A stretch of DNA of 64,000 nt, taken from NCBI GenBank assembly GCA_977020255.1, contig CDROCS010000998.1, forward strand, positions 124,001-188,000. The letters are read 5' to 3'. This document shows, in pieces, positions 42,303 to 53,519 of this stretch (position 1 is the stretch's first letter; each line of letters begins with the position of its first letter). The stretch comes from Obrimoposthia wandeli. Taxonomy: Eukaryota. Both the position numbers and the translations under genes were made by a program. The notes under the pieces are model-generated. The model saw only the letters and a program-made list of their open reading frames with translations. It was not told the origin of the DNA and ran no database searches.

Positions 42303-43426
42303 TTAACAGATAAGAACCTCAAACTCTTATGCGAGAGATCCGCCATCATGAACCATCTCTTTAGTGTTGGGGTTGTTTATACGTAATAATTTCCCTACCA
42401 CTGACTACTTCAGCCTTATGTGATTAATTGATATGAAACGCCTTAAAAACAGGCGACAAATAAATGGCACACCGTCATATTTATAACGTTAATCACAATA
42501 ATATCAGACGATTAAAACTAATTTAACTGTTCGTACCAGTTTACCTATAAATATTATTATTTTCATTTGAAAATAATTAATACCTTTAAATCATGCAATT
42601 AGAAACAAAACCTTTCACATACACATACTGGGATGCCTACTTTAAAACATATAAGAGTATGTTTTATTATACTAATTATTGATATTAACACTAAAAATAA
42701 GTAACCTTCCCGCCGTCAAAGTTAAAAGGATATTAATCGACAATAAACATCACAATTTAAAAATCTCAAAGGCATTGTATATATTTAAACTCCGATGACA
42801 TTTGTTCATGAATTTCTTTCGGTCTAAATTATTGGAGATAATAGTATCGAAATCATCATTGGGTATTTTACATGTTGATAATTACCTTTAGTCTTTGAGA
42901 TGAAAAGGTGATGTTAATTATTAACGAGCTTTTATTCTAAAAGTTTTTATTTTGATGATGATGTGGATTTATTTGTTCAACAAGATGGTAGCGTAATGTC
43001 TCGATCTCAAATGGAAAACAAAAACTGGATGGCTATTTCTATATTATGAGACAGTGAAGCTGATATACCATCCAATGCATTTGATACTACTACATCATGT
43101 GCACTAGATAATCTAATCAACAACAAAGCCTTACGTAAACATAATACTTGAATAAAATAGAAATAATTCAATTTTGTAGTAAATAAAAACGTACTAATTT
43201 TAATATGCAATAAGGTTGAATGCTTCCCCTGTTAATCAGAGCTGGGGATTAATATAGTGTAGCACTAGCGCACTAATACCACTCTTATCCATCATTACCT
43301 TTTCAAATATTATCGCTGTATTTATCAACCACTCGATAACATTTCCACTGGCCTTTGATGGTCAAATAAAATGAATAAAAATTATTTTTTCATCAACAAA
43401 CACATTAGATCATAGGTAATACATTC

Positions 43427-45064
43427 ATGTTCCTAAAACACTTAACAATTGGTAAAAAAATTGCGGGTGCATTCTCAATCATTGCGATGATGATTCTTCT
43501 TTTTTCCTTTTTCTTACATAATGAGCTAACAAATATCAACAGTAATCTCCTAAATTATACTGATGATACCCTACCCGCATCTGAAAAAGTTGACAGTATA
43601 CATGATCAAATTGCGAACTTACGACGTAGTCAATTTTTGGTCTTCATCATGGAAGGATCCAAAGAAACCATAGCCCAAAAGATCAATCAAAATAAAGAAA
43701 GTCGTAAAAACATTGAAGCAGAACTCCGTGCTTATGGGCAAACCGTTTGGCCAGGAGAAGAGGAAGAGTCGTACAAACGTCTTATGAGTGGTTGGCAGCG
43801 TTACATTAATTATATTGATAACTTCAACAGCGCTATGTTACTCAACAATAAAAAAGTGGCTCGCTCAATTCTTCTGACCAACTCTTATCCTTCATTTAAA
43901 ATCATCGAAACTGAAGTTAATGTCTTAACTGACCTCTTAAAACAAGCAATGAATAGCAATCGCGCACAAATTCTTGATTCGATTAGTCGCTTGTCTCAAA
44001 TGTCAATTTACAGCAACCTAGCCATTTTTGTTTTCATGATTGGTATTACTTTATTACTTTCTAAATTAATTTGTGGTCCACTATCTCTAATTGTAAAACA
44101 AGCTAATGCGATTGCAAAAGGCGACTTATCAACCCAATTAGATCGTCAGGCAATTGGGAATGATGAACTTGGGTCGTTAGCTGATGCCTCATCACAAATG
44201 CAAAATAACTTGCGTCAATTGATCGATGAAATTATTTCGGCTGTAACACAATTAAGCAGTGCAGTAGAAGAAATGACTCACATTTCAGATACATCCACAA
44301 AAGGAATGCACGGCCAACAGCATCAAATTGCTCAAATCGCAGCGGCTATGACAGAAATGAAAGCGTCAGTTGCTGATGTTGCCTACAACACTGAGCACTC
44401 TGCAAGCCAAGCAAGTGAAGCTAATCAACAAGCGAAAGATGGAGCGAAAGACAACAGAGCGATGGTCGATTCTATTAAAGAAATCGCCGGAGTTATTGAT
44501 GATGCAGGCAATACCGTATCGGAGTTAGAAGAACAGTCTCACCAAATTAACATTATCGTTGATGTGATCCGTGGCATTGCCGATCAAACCAACCTACTTG
44601 CATTAAACGCAGCCATTGAAGCAGCACGAGCTGGTGAATCTGGCCGAGGCTTTGCTGTCGTGGCTGATGAAGTTCGTACTCTTGCAGGGCGCACTCAGGA
44701 CTCAACTGGAGAAATAACTGCGGTTATTGAGAAACTACAAGTACTTGCCAAACACGCTAAAGTAGCAACAGTGAAATCCTGTGAATGTATTGAAACCTAT
44801 TCAGAACAAGGCCATCGTTCTCTTCAGTTAATGAATTCGATTGAGCATTCCGTATCCAACATCTCTGATATGGGCACACAGATCGCAAGTGCTTGTAGTC
44901 AACAAGATTCTGTGGCGGAAGATTTAAGTCGCCATATAGAAACAATCCATGTTGCCTCTCAAGAAGTCGCCGAAGGGTCAAAACAAACGGCGTTAGCGTG
45001 CAATGAACTTAGTCAATTATCTTCCTCATTACATGACGCAATGAATCGTTTCAAACTCAATTAA
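43427..45064 (+). CDS. Methyl-accepting chemotaxis protein (4-helix-bundle sensor)
   Basis: TM-periplasmic domain-TM-HAMP-signalling domain with [34 protein letters not shown]. Confidence 0.96.
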   Translation: MFLKHLTIGKKIAGAFSIIAMMILLFSFFLHNELTNINSNLLNYTDDTLPASEKVDSIHDQIANLRRSQFLVFIMEGSKETIAQKINQNKESRKNIEAELRAYGQTVWPGEEEESYKRLMSGWQRYINYIDNFNSAMLLNNKKVARSILLTNSYPSFKIIETEVNVLTDLLKQAMNSNRAQILDSISRLSQMSIYSNLAIFVFMIGITLLLSKLICGPLSLIVKQANAIAKGDLSTQLDRQAIGNDELGSLADASSQMQNNLRQLIDEIISAVTQLSSAVEEMTHISDTSTKGMHGQQHQIAQIAAAMTEMKASVADVAYNTEHSASQASEANQQAKDGAKDNRAMVDSIKEIAGVIDDAGNTVSELEEQSHQINIIVDVIRGIADQTNLLALNAAIEAARAGESGRGFAVVADEVRTLAGRTQDSTGEITAVIEKLQVLAKHAKVATVKSCECIETYSEQGHRSLQLMNSIEHSVSNISDMGTQIASACSQQDSVAEDLSRHIETIHVASQEVAEGSKQTALACNELSQLSSSLHDAMNRFKLN

Positions 45065-45093
45065 TCTCATTAATTTATCGTTATGGAGACACC

Positions 45094-46311
45094 ATGAATT
45101 TTAAAATAACGCTATTATCATTGGCGATTACTTTTCCATCGTTTTCTATTTACAGTGCACCACTAGTCATTGATCAAAATCTACCAAGTGAGCAATCAAT
45201 TCAACAATCAAATGCTTGGTTAGAAGTAAGCTTGGGTCAGTTTAAATCCAATATAGAACAGTTCAAATCACACATTAAAGCTGATACTAAAATTTGTGCT
45301 GTAATGAAGGCTGATGCTTATGGGAATGGCATATTTGGCTTAATGCCAACCATTCTTGAACAACAGATTCCTTGCGTGGCGATTGCGAGTAACGCTGAAG
45401 CTCGAGCAGTACGAGAAAGCGGCTTTAAAGGGCAGTTGATCCGTGTTCGCTCTGCGAGTTTAGGAGAGATCAAGCAGAGTTTAGATCTTAATATCGAAGA
45501 GTTGATTGGTAGCCACCAACAAGCAAAACTCATCGCTGAGTTGGGAGTAGAGCGCAATCAACAAATCAACGTTCATTTAGCATTAAACGACGGTGGAATG
45601 GGTCGAAATGGCATTGACATGTCCACTGAGCAAGGAAAAACAGAAGCTCTTGATATTGCAACGCAAGCTAACTTAAACATTGTCGGCATAATGACGCACT
45701 TTCCGAACTACAATGCAGATGAAGTACGAGCAAAATTAAAAGACTTTCAAACAAGTTCATCTTGGCTCATAAAACAAGCTGATTTAAAACGTGACGAATT
45801 AACTCTTCACGTGGCTAATTCTTATGTTTCGATAAATGTACCTGAAGCGCAACTAGATATGGTGCGCCCTGGCGGTGTATTGTATGGCGATCTGCCTACT
45901 AATCCAGAATACCCATCGATTGTTTCTTTCAAAACTCGAATTGCTTCTATACACCAGCTCCCTGCCAGCCAGACCGTGGGCTATGACAGTACGTATATAA
46001 CCAAACGAGATAGCGTACTTGCAAACCTTCCCGTTGGCTATTCAGATGGCTACCCTCGAAGAATGGGTAATCAGGCCGACGTCATTATCAATGGGCAACG
46101 TGCGAAAGTCATCGGTGTCACATCAATGAATACCTCCATTGTTGATATCACAGACATAAAAGGTGTGAAACAGGGTCAAGAAGTTACACTATTTGGCAAA
46201 CAAAAAAACGCACAGATTAGTGTGACTGAAATGGAAGATTACTCAAAATTGATTTTCCCTGAGTTATATACCATATGGGGGCAAGCAAACCCTCGTTATT
46301 ACATAAAATAA
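45094..46311 (+). CDS. Periplasmic broad-specificity amino acid racemase (Bsr/BsrV-like)
   Basis: Sec signal peptide; [15 protein letters not shown] motif; MTHFPNY, ANSY, VGYDSTY, GYSDGY; 29 nt after the MCP stop. Confidence 0.9.
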   Translation: MNFKITLLSLAITFPSFSIYSAPLVIDQNLPSEQSIQQSNAWLEVSLGQFKSNIEQFKSHIKADTKICAVMKADAYGNGIFGLMPTILEQQIPCVAIASNAEARAVRESGFKGQLIRVRSASLGEIKQSLDLNIEELIGSHQQAKLIAELGVERNQQINVHLALNDGGMGRNGIDMSTEQGKTEALDIATQANLNIVGIMTHFPNYNADEVRAKLKDFQTSSSWLIKQADLKRDELTLHVANSYVSINVPEAQLDMVRPGGVLYGDLPTNPEYPSIVSFKTRIASIHQLPASQTVGYDSTYITKRDSVLANLPVGYSDGYPRRMGNQADVIINGQRAKVIGVTSMNTSIVDITDIKGVKQGQEVTLFGKQKNAQISVTEMEDYSKLIFPELYTIWGQANPRYYIK

Positions 46312-46633
46312 CCTGAACTCGGGATAAAGATCTTAATAAACTAAAGCAGGTTCTGTGATGGGTCCTTTCGACTAAGAAGGACTCATTACATAAAGAACCC
46401 GCGATGAACAAGTTAGTAGCTTAATTTTTTCATACCGATAATTTGGCCTATTTTTCATACCTAAATGGCAAAAGCTGTCACTAAAAAGCAACGAGAGCCT
46501 TTTCCCAGAAAGCCATTAGCTAACATGGTCTGCCAGAGAAAGTCGTTATTAACGACAGTCATTCCAACACACTAGCACTGCATCATATTGACGTTAGATT
46601 TTTGAGTTGCAGCACATGTTGACCATTGATTGA

Positions 46634-47068
46634 ACTTACTATGCTGACAAAGCTGGCGCAATCGACGGTCAGAAACTGGATTTTGAAGATAAGTACCCAG
46701 ATCTGATTGTGGTTGAAGTCGGTGCCAACGACTTCAGCACAGATCCTCAACCTCATGAGCCGTGGGCCGACATTGATGAAGTTAAAACAGCCTGAGTAGA
46801 TCGTATGGTGGAGTATGTCAGTGATCTTAAGTATCGCTATAACAACACCAATGTCATCTTGATGCCACGCCCAGCCTACTCTTACGATTACATCATTCCA
46901 GCTACCAATGAAGCGATTGAAATTCTCAATTCTCAAGGGCAAAAAGGTATCTACAGCCATACTTTCAACTCTCCACTGGAAGGCTGTATCTGGCACCCAA
47001 CCACTCAAGAGCACAAGTCAATTGCGAAGGAACTGAGTGACTTTATTCGCGCCAACCAGCTCCTTTAA
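46634..47068 (+). pseudogene. SGNH/GDSL hydrolase (CE2-like) 3' remnant with internal stop
   Basis: Manual translation YYADKAG...PDLIVVEVGANDFST...KTA*VDRM...GCIWHP. TGA at 46793; 5' part missing. Confidence 0.7.
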
Positions 47069-47642
47069 ATTAATGATACTAAGTTAAGCTCAACGTAACG
47101 AGAAAGCCGCTCGCACCTTCTTCAATAAGGCAATAGACCATAACGGTTTATCTGTTTGGAATGAATTCTATGCGCTTGCAGCCTAATTGCATCTGAAAAA
47201 CAATACCATTACAAATTGGGCTCGTTCAGAGAGTTCTTTTTGATAGTTTAATAAGACTATGACTGTATACCTTTTTACCAATGGGTATTACAGGTCACTT
47301 TTATTCGATGAGTGAAGAAATCACGAATTTAAATTAACTTTCCGCAGCTTAAACTGCTTAGCTTTGCTAAGTCATGTTTCCACCTTAATAATTGACGAGT
47401 ATTGTCTCTTATTAAAGTGCCCTGTTTCATTAGACCAGAACACTCTTGAGTGATGTATTTCAATCGTACTTAATCATTCATTTTATTAATTGAATAATGC
47501 ATTGCTCTTGATCAAGCAGGCTGTTATTGCCACCTGACACCTTGTCAGATGGCAACTATTATTAAAGGGTTTGTGGCGAGCGGGATATAAGCGATTCCGA
47601 ACTGGAACATTACGACAATCTAATCAGCAACGGAGAATCAAA

Positions 47643-47816
47643 ATGAATCATATCATCAGCCTTTTTATAGCATTACTGTTAGTTACTATTCAGTACCCAG
47701 TCTTCGCCAGTCCCGAAAATAGGCAAGACAGACGTGAAAACCAACGTGAAGAAAGACGTGAAGAACCAGGTCGATCCGACGAGCGACAAGACAAAAGAGA
47801 GTGCCGCCAGGAATAG
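47643..47816 (+). CDS. Small secreted R/E/Q-rich protein, probably truncated
   Basis: GGAG RBS, signal peptide, RQDRRE-type repeats; TAG is followed by GGGGTGGTCGGA (GVVG), suggesting a premature stop. Confidence 0.45.
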   Translation: MNHIISLFIALLLVTIQYPVFASPENRQDRRENQREERREEPGRSDERQDKRECRQE

Positions 47817-48146
47817 GGGGTGGTCGGACGGCTTCGCTACTTTTGTTGTTGACTTACATTGATATGAGACTAAGTCACTCATGAACAAAACATCAACTTT
47901 GAAGCGAATATGACACGCTCATAATAAATGTGAAAACACATGTACCATTTAGGTATACTTGTTTGTCAGTTATGCATTTCACATGCTTAAGTGTATTGGC
48001 CATAAAACCCTGTTTTCCGTGATAACAGTAAGTAAATTCAGCATGACAGATATTTCGGCGGTTCCGGCTAATACGACCAAAAAGGCGAAAACTTACTAAC
48101 GTTGGTCAATATTGGTATTATAGAACAATACTCAAAGGAAAATACG

Positions 48147-48320
48147 ATGAAACCCACACTACAAGCCCACGATTTTACAATAAATACAACACCAAAGAAG
48201 AGCCCCGCAAAAAAAGGAAAGCGTAGCATTCATCCTGACGATGAGAAAAAAGTGAATGCACGTAGGCGTATTGAGGACATTGAAGCGCAGCGTGAATGGG
48301 ACAAGGAGTGGGACCGTTAA
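48147..48320 (+). CDS. Small basic hypothetical protein
   Basis: AAGGA RBS before ATG 48147; ARRRIEDIEAQREW C-terminus. Confidence 0.5.
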   Translation: MKPTLQAHDFTINTTPKKSPAKKGKRSIHPDDEKKVNARRRIEDIEAQREWDKEWDR

Positions 48321-49157
48321 GCATAATTAAGTCTGACATACAAAATGCGCCTGTATCGCAAAGTTATGCAGAAGTATAGGCGTTGTTGCAAATAATGCAG
48401 ATTTACGGGCTTGCTGCAAATAGTCAGGGTAGCTCTATCCGAAATCTGTTTTTATGGTCAAAACGCCTTCAATGCCCTGCGAATTCCCTCATTTGTTGAT
48501 TCATCCATAATGAAACAGATCAAAATGATGTTTTACATTGAGCTTTTCTTGATGGATAGCAATCTTTCAGATTCCTATCCATAAATGCCAATTATGTGGA
48601 ATGTACGGAATTACTCGCAAAAATGGGACTTTCGAAAAGAAACTTTATAGCACAGCACTTTTCAAACAAATCCAGGTAGAAAAACGCTCTTTTTGAGTTG
48701 GAAATTGATTACAGAATCTTTTTGATTTACATATTCAACTTTCCCATCCTGAAGCTCACACAAAAAACATCGTTAAGATGTCTACTTTTATTATCAATCA
48801 AAACATCAATATTAGTTACCCAAACCAATTGGTCGTTAATACCTATCAGTATCCAATCATCAATCACAAAATTACATGCCACTTACGTATGCCATGCCGT
48901 CTGCGCCACATAGGTTATGAATTTAGAGTATCTATTTGGCTGTCACCTCAGAATTAATCTCTAACATTTATTAGATGGACAGATAAATAATCGTGTATCT
49001 TTTATGACACGAAATAACAGTGACAGCGTAACAATAAGGGGATTTATATTACTGGATAGATATAAATTAACGAACGTAAGTATTCTTAAAGAAAGCTAAT
49101 GTGTCAGAAATAACTCTGCCTGCCAAGATCGTGTAGACACGTCGTTGGACAGAGCCC

Positions 49158-49251
49158 ATGAAAGAGCTTCCTAAGTCAGCGTCTGATATCGAATCACTTC
49201 TTCCGTGGAACTTCACACATTAAAATGCCCCGTGAGTTTATGGGGCGCTAC
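49158..49251 (+). mobile_element. IS66-family right-end remnant
   Basis: ELPKSASDIESLLPWNFTH* is the IS66 TnpC C-terminal motif, followed by GGGGCGCTAC resembling the ...CGCTTAC end. Confidence 0.6.
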
Positions 49252-49252
49252 G

Positions 49253-49822
49253 TTACAGCATTAACTTAAAGCTTTTTAACTTTGAAACAAAGCTTGGAAG
49301 CTTCTGCTTTTGTAAACAAGCTAAAAATTCATCTTGGGACATTGATGGTCTTTTCAATGAGCTTCTTTGCTGTTGAGCTGCTTTAACGCAAGAGCTGCTA
49401 TCCAATTCGAACATATCACACAAAAACTCGTCTGGATGTATTGCAGACAAACCAAGAGGCTCAAGTTCCTTTAGTGGAAAGTCCTTTAAGTTAAAAGTGA
49501 TGATAGACTCTGCTTGACCTTTAATTGCTGCTGCAACAACGTGTCTATCATCTACGTCCGGCAAAGTAAGCCCGACAATTAAAGGCTCATATCCCTCAAC
49601 CAAACAATCGGGAACGTTAGCGTTCATTAATGCTCTAGTTCTTTCAAGATTCTCTGGGGCGACGTCGGGATTGTTTTTAAGAAGATTACGAATCCACTCA
49701 TCATGTATCTGATCTGTCCATCGAGCTCTGAATAAACCTGTATTGGCCAAGTACATTAGGTAACTACGAAGTGGAGCAGGATACATAACACATGCATCTA
49801 ATATTACTGTATATGATGCCAT
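49253..49822 (-). CDS. PIN domain protein (putative toxin)
   Basis: VILDACVMYP, PDVDDRHVVAAA, IITFNLKDFP. Confidence 0.9.
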   Translation of the reverse strand: MASYTVILDACVMYPAPLRSYLMYLANTGLFRARWTDQIHDEWIRNLLKNNPDVAPENLERTRALMNANVPDCLVEGYEPLIVGLTLPDVDDRHVVAAAIKGQAESIITFNLKDFPLKELEPLGLSAIHPDEFLCDMFELDSSSCVKAAQQQRSSLKRPSMSQDEFLACLQKQKLPSFVSKLKSFKLML

Positions 49823-50274
49823 TAATAACCCATATTCATTTCTTGATCTAAAGCCGATAGTTCAGCAAGTGAAGCTAGTCTATGATCCTCTAGGCGAGCC
49901 TTATATTCCATAAGATCAACAAAAGTAACCTTCCGACGGTTGCCTGTACGGCTAAATGGAATTTCTTGCGAATCAAGAAGCTTAATAAATGTAGGACGAG
50001 ACATATTTAGCATATCAGCACCTTCTTGCGTTGTTAGTTCCGCATGAATAGGTGTAATGCTAACTGAGTTACCTTGACCTAGTTGAGTAAGTATCTCGAT
50101 CATTAGATTTAATGCGCTTGCTGGAATAGTGACTTCGTGAGCTTTACCTGACTTATCAACAACATTGATTCTCTGAGCTTCACCATTAGTTTCTACTACG
50201 GCAGATAATTCTTGGCTACCAAGCTTAGCCAGTGCAATTTCTTCAGCACATGGTAATTTTGTAGCTACATTCAT
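49822..50274 (-). CDS. Excisionase-like HTH DNA-binding protein (putative antitoxin)
   Basis: ELTTQEGADMLNMSRPTFIKLLDSQEIPFSRTGNRRKV; translationally coupled to the PIN gene. Confidence 0.85.
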   Translation of the reverse strand: MNVATKLPCAEEIALAKLGSQELSAVVETNGEAQRINVVDKSGKAHEVTIPASALNLMIEILTQLGQGNSVSITPIHAELTTQEGADMLNMSRPTFIKLLDSQEIPFSRTGNRRKVTFVDLMEYKARLEDHRLASLAELSALDQEMNMGY

Positions 50275-50324
50275 CTTCTTTCTCTCTTATGTTCATGTGT
50301 ACAAATTGTACAATACATACAGTA

Positions 50325-50366
50325 TCCGAAATATTCGAAAAAAAGTCAACATTCGAAATATTCGAA
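50325..50366 (-). promoter_or_regulatory. Promoter with tandem operators of the HTH-PIN pair
   Basis: T(C/T)CGAAATATTCGAA at 50325 and 50352 flank a TTGACT -35 (50344-50349), spaced 17 bp from GATACT -10. Confidence 0.6.
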
Positions 50367-50455
50367 ATTCCTTGAGCTGTGAACTAACTGACCCCAGATA
50401 AAAAAAGATCGCTTCTATGGACGGTCATTTAACATCATATCTATTTATGCGCACT

Positions 50456-50468
50456 GGCTCTGTTGCAA
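50456..50468 (+). repeat. Isolated IS6-family terminal inverted repeat
   Basis: GGCTCTGTTGCAA with no transposase behind it. Confidence 0.7.
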
Positions 50469-50472
50469 CCAT

Positions 50473-51699
50473 TTAGATACAACATTTTTTATATTTCTTA
50501 CCAGAACCACAAATACATGGCTCATTTCTACTAACCTTTGCTTTGTTATGAATATAAGGTGTCTTTTCTTCTATATTCAGATGAAATGGATCCGTATCTG
50601 ACAAATCAAAATGAATGGGTTCTTGACGTGAGTGGCTTACCGTTATTTTTTTGTTTACAGAAACTTTATTACATTCAAATAATTCAGTTTTCGAAATGAT
50701 TACAGGGGAAATATTGTTATCAACAATTAATAACACCAATCGTTGATAAGCATTTGTTTCGTAACATAAAGGATCAATAACGATATTAGACAGTTCAAAA
50801 GCTTCTTTTTGCTTTTTGATATTAAATCCAGTAATTTCGGCTGGTTTCATACCATTATCGCAATGCACAAAAGCAAGTCCAATGTGCTTAGGTAACAAGC
50901 ATGCTAGATTAAGAGCATTTGGATCTTCAATAATTTTATTGAAGAGCACGTCATGCATCATTTGATAATCTGTCTCTTTATATTCAACCACCTTAGATAT
51001 CGACACATCAATATCTAAGGTTGAGACTTGATTGAAAGGGTCATCTGAAATTGGAGTTAAGCCCTTAAATTCATGTATATTTAAATTTTCTAACGGAGTG
51101 ATATTAGCAAGGATCTCTTCATTGCTGGCGGTGATATTTATGAGTGGTACATAATGAGGGTAATTGTAGTAAATTTCATTTTTATAAGCTGTCTCAATCT
51201 CACTATAACCCTTACCTGGTATGCTTAATTTCATAGCACTCAGTTTCTCGTACACTTTAACCATAAAATTAAAGATCACGGGCTCGATATTATAATAGTC
51301 ACCGAAATCGACAAGCTGCGATTGGATTTTTGAAATTTTTTCTTTTTCACCAGAGTCGATAGTTGGCTCTGCATTAATCGCTAAGTTAACAGTTTTCTTT
51401 TCTATTAAACAGATACGTAAAAGATCAAGTTTATTGGCTTGTGCAAACTGACGATCGACTGCATAAGCTTTACCCATAAAATCATCGCTATGTACCGAGT
51501 AGTTTCGAAGAGCTTTAAGTAATAAAAATTCATCTAAATCAAAAAAACCACGGTTCTTTATCGGTGACTTTCTGAGACGTTCATGAACTTTGTAAGCTTC
51601 TTCCGTAAGTGACTGTAAAGCAGTTAAATCTGATTTAGCTGTATATTGATAGTAAATATCAAATAAGCGGCCAGCAGCGGGCTCAATGATGAATATCAT
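50473..51699 (-). CDS. SEC-C motif-containing hypothetical protein
   Basis: C-terminal SRNEPCICGSGKKYKKCC; very AT-rich. Confidence 0.8.
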   Translation of the reverse strand: MIFIIEPAAGRLFDIYYQYTAKSDLTALQSLTEEAYKVHERLRKSPIKNRGFFDLDEFLLLKALRNYSVHSDDFMGKAYAVDRQFAQANKLDLLRICLIEKKTVNLAINAEPTIDSGEKEKISKIQSQLVDFGDYYNIEPVIFNFMVKVYEKLSAMKLSIPGKGYSEIETAYKNEIYYNYPHYVPLINITASNEEILANITPLENLNIHEFKGLTPISDDPFNQVSTLDIDVSISKVVEYKETDYQMMHDVLFNKIIEDPNALNLACLLPKHIGLAFVHCDNGMKPAEITGFNIKKQKEAFELSNIVIDPLCYETNAYQRLVLLIVDNNISPVIISKTELFECNKVSVNKKITVSHSRQEPIHFDLSDTDPFHLNIEEKTPYIHNKAKVSRNEPCICGSGKKYKKCCI

Positions 51700-52036
51700 T
51701 AGTTAATTCCTTGAAAAATGATCGTGTAATTACGCAACTTTTATGCTGAAAGTTCATCTAAAGCCAAAAAAGATAAAATATTGTGCATATCAGCACAGAT
51801 TGATGGCTTTCCACATCCTTGTAAATCCTTATGGCCGTACTGAATGCATTTTACTTTAAACCATAGCCCGAAAAGCCTTGGTATATTATATGCCATTAGG
51901 CGCATACAGTATATGGTATAATGACTGGTATATTGCAATTATTTATATGAGATCATCTTGAAGTATATATGAGAGATAAAAACGTTAGAAAAGAGGCCAC
52001 AGAAGTAACCTTTTAAGTAGATTTACACAGTACACA

Positions 52037-52621
52037 TTAAATTACTTCATCAAAGCATGCTGAATCTAAAATCTCACCTACAACATCATTAAAATTTAAT
52101 CCAAACTCTTCAGCTGCCATCGGGAACACACTCCGCATTGTCATTCCAGGCACAGTGTTCATCTCGATAAGATTCACTTCATCATTCTCATCCAAAATCA
52201 CATCAATCCGCCCCCAACCACGACAGCCTAGAGCTTTATAAGCCTTTAAAATGATTGATTGCATACGTGATTGCTGTTCAATCGAGAGATCGCATGGGCA
52301 ATGATATGTAGCACTTTGACTACCAAATTTCGCATCAAAATCAAAGAAAACGTCAGATTTTATTTGCACTACAGGTAAAGCTTTATCGCCTAGAACAGCA
52401 CAAGTATATTCTCGGCCAGTTATAAACGACTCAACCAAAACAGTATCATCGTACTCAAATGCATTAATGACCGCGTCGAATAGCTGGTCTTTAGTTTCGA
52501 CTTTACTAATACCAATACTACAACCTTGTGTTAATGGCTTAACAACGACTGGGCATATTACTTGCGACAATATTGCTTCAAGTTTTCCCTCTGGCATATT
52601 CTTATTTACTGTCAACCAATC
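52037..52621 (-). pseudogene. ddl: D-Ala-D-X ligase (Ddl family) C-terminal half, 5'-truncated by IS6
   Basis: PVVVKP..QGCSIG, VESFITGREY, LGCRGWGRID, EMNTVPGMT; homology stops at the IS6 repeat at 52622. Confidence 0.85.
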
Positions 52622-52676
52622 GGGTCTGTTGCAACTAATCAGGTAAGGCATATCTACCCAGTGATGGGCTCAATGA

Positions 52677-53414
52677 TTACTGGTAAACAACCTCAACATT
52701 GAAGAGGCGATTCATGACGGCGGATCTCTCCCGAACAAAAGTTTTACGTTCGTCATGACGTAACCAACAATCAAATTGCCTCTTGTTCAACATCCGTAAT
52801 GATTCGAATCCTTGGATCGTTGACCAAGTTCGTTTTTGTATTTTAAACCCACCGGTGGCGACAACGAGTTTCTTTATTGGGGCGTGATCAGACTCGATAC
52901 CGTTATTGAGGTACTTCACTTGCCGCTGCTCGACATCCGCTCGCAGTCGTCCCTCTTTTTTCAAGCGAGCAATAGCATTCGCATATGAGGAATGCTTGTC
53001 AGTGTTTAACGTTTTAGGCTGACTGTCTATGTCGTAATATCTCAGGCAACGCCTAAGAAACTGATAAGCGGCTTCTTTATTACGTTTGTGGGAGAAATAG
53101 AAATCCAGCGTTTCGCCTTGTTTATTGATAGCACGGTAAAGGTAGTGCCATTTCCCCTTCACTTTTACGTAGGTTTCATCGAGCTGCCACGAAGAGTCTG
53201 TCCGGATAAATTGATGGCGACGTAACTTCTTACGTAATGTCGGGGCATATTCAATGAACCAACGATAAATGGTCGAACGATTAACCGAAATCCCCCGCTC
53301 TGCCAGCATGTCACTGAGGTTTGCGTAACTCATCGGTGTTGAACCATACCACCGAAGGCACCAAAGGATGATTTCAGGGGCGAAGTGTTTCCATTTGAAT
53401 TCGGGGTTGGTCAT
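52677..53414 (-). CDS. IS6 family DDE transposase
   Basis: WQLDETYVKV, NTDKHSSY, LNNGIESDH. Confidence 0.96.
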   Translation of the reverse strand: MTNPEFKWKHFAPEIILWCLRWYGSTPMSYANLSDMLAERGISVNRSTIYRWFIEYAPTLRKKLRRHQFIRTDSSWQLDETYVKVKGKWHYLYRAINKQGETLDFYFSHKRNKEAAYQFLRRCLRYYDIDSQPKTLNTDKHSSYANAIARLKKEGRLRADVEQRQVKYLNNGIESDHAPIKKLVVATGGFKIQKRTWSTIQGFESLRMLNKRQFDCWLRHDERKTFVRERSAVMNRLFNVEVVYQ

Positions 53415-53519
53415 CGAGTTGCTGGATTGGATGGGAAAGAAGGAATTCTGAGCCCAGACTGAATTATTTGCAACATATATGAACCATCCCTATTTGCACG
53501 CTAATTTTTAGTGATGTTG

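Noticed and set aside
46793-46795. In-frame TGA in the SGNH remnant as a second selenocysteine
   Set aside because: The context fits Trp (TGG to TGA), there is no SECIS-like hairpin, and the gene lacks its 5' part.
52622-52651. MPYLISCNRP start of the ddl ORF
   Set aside because: These codons come from the IS6 end, not from ddl.
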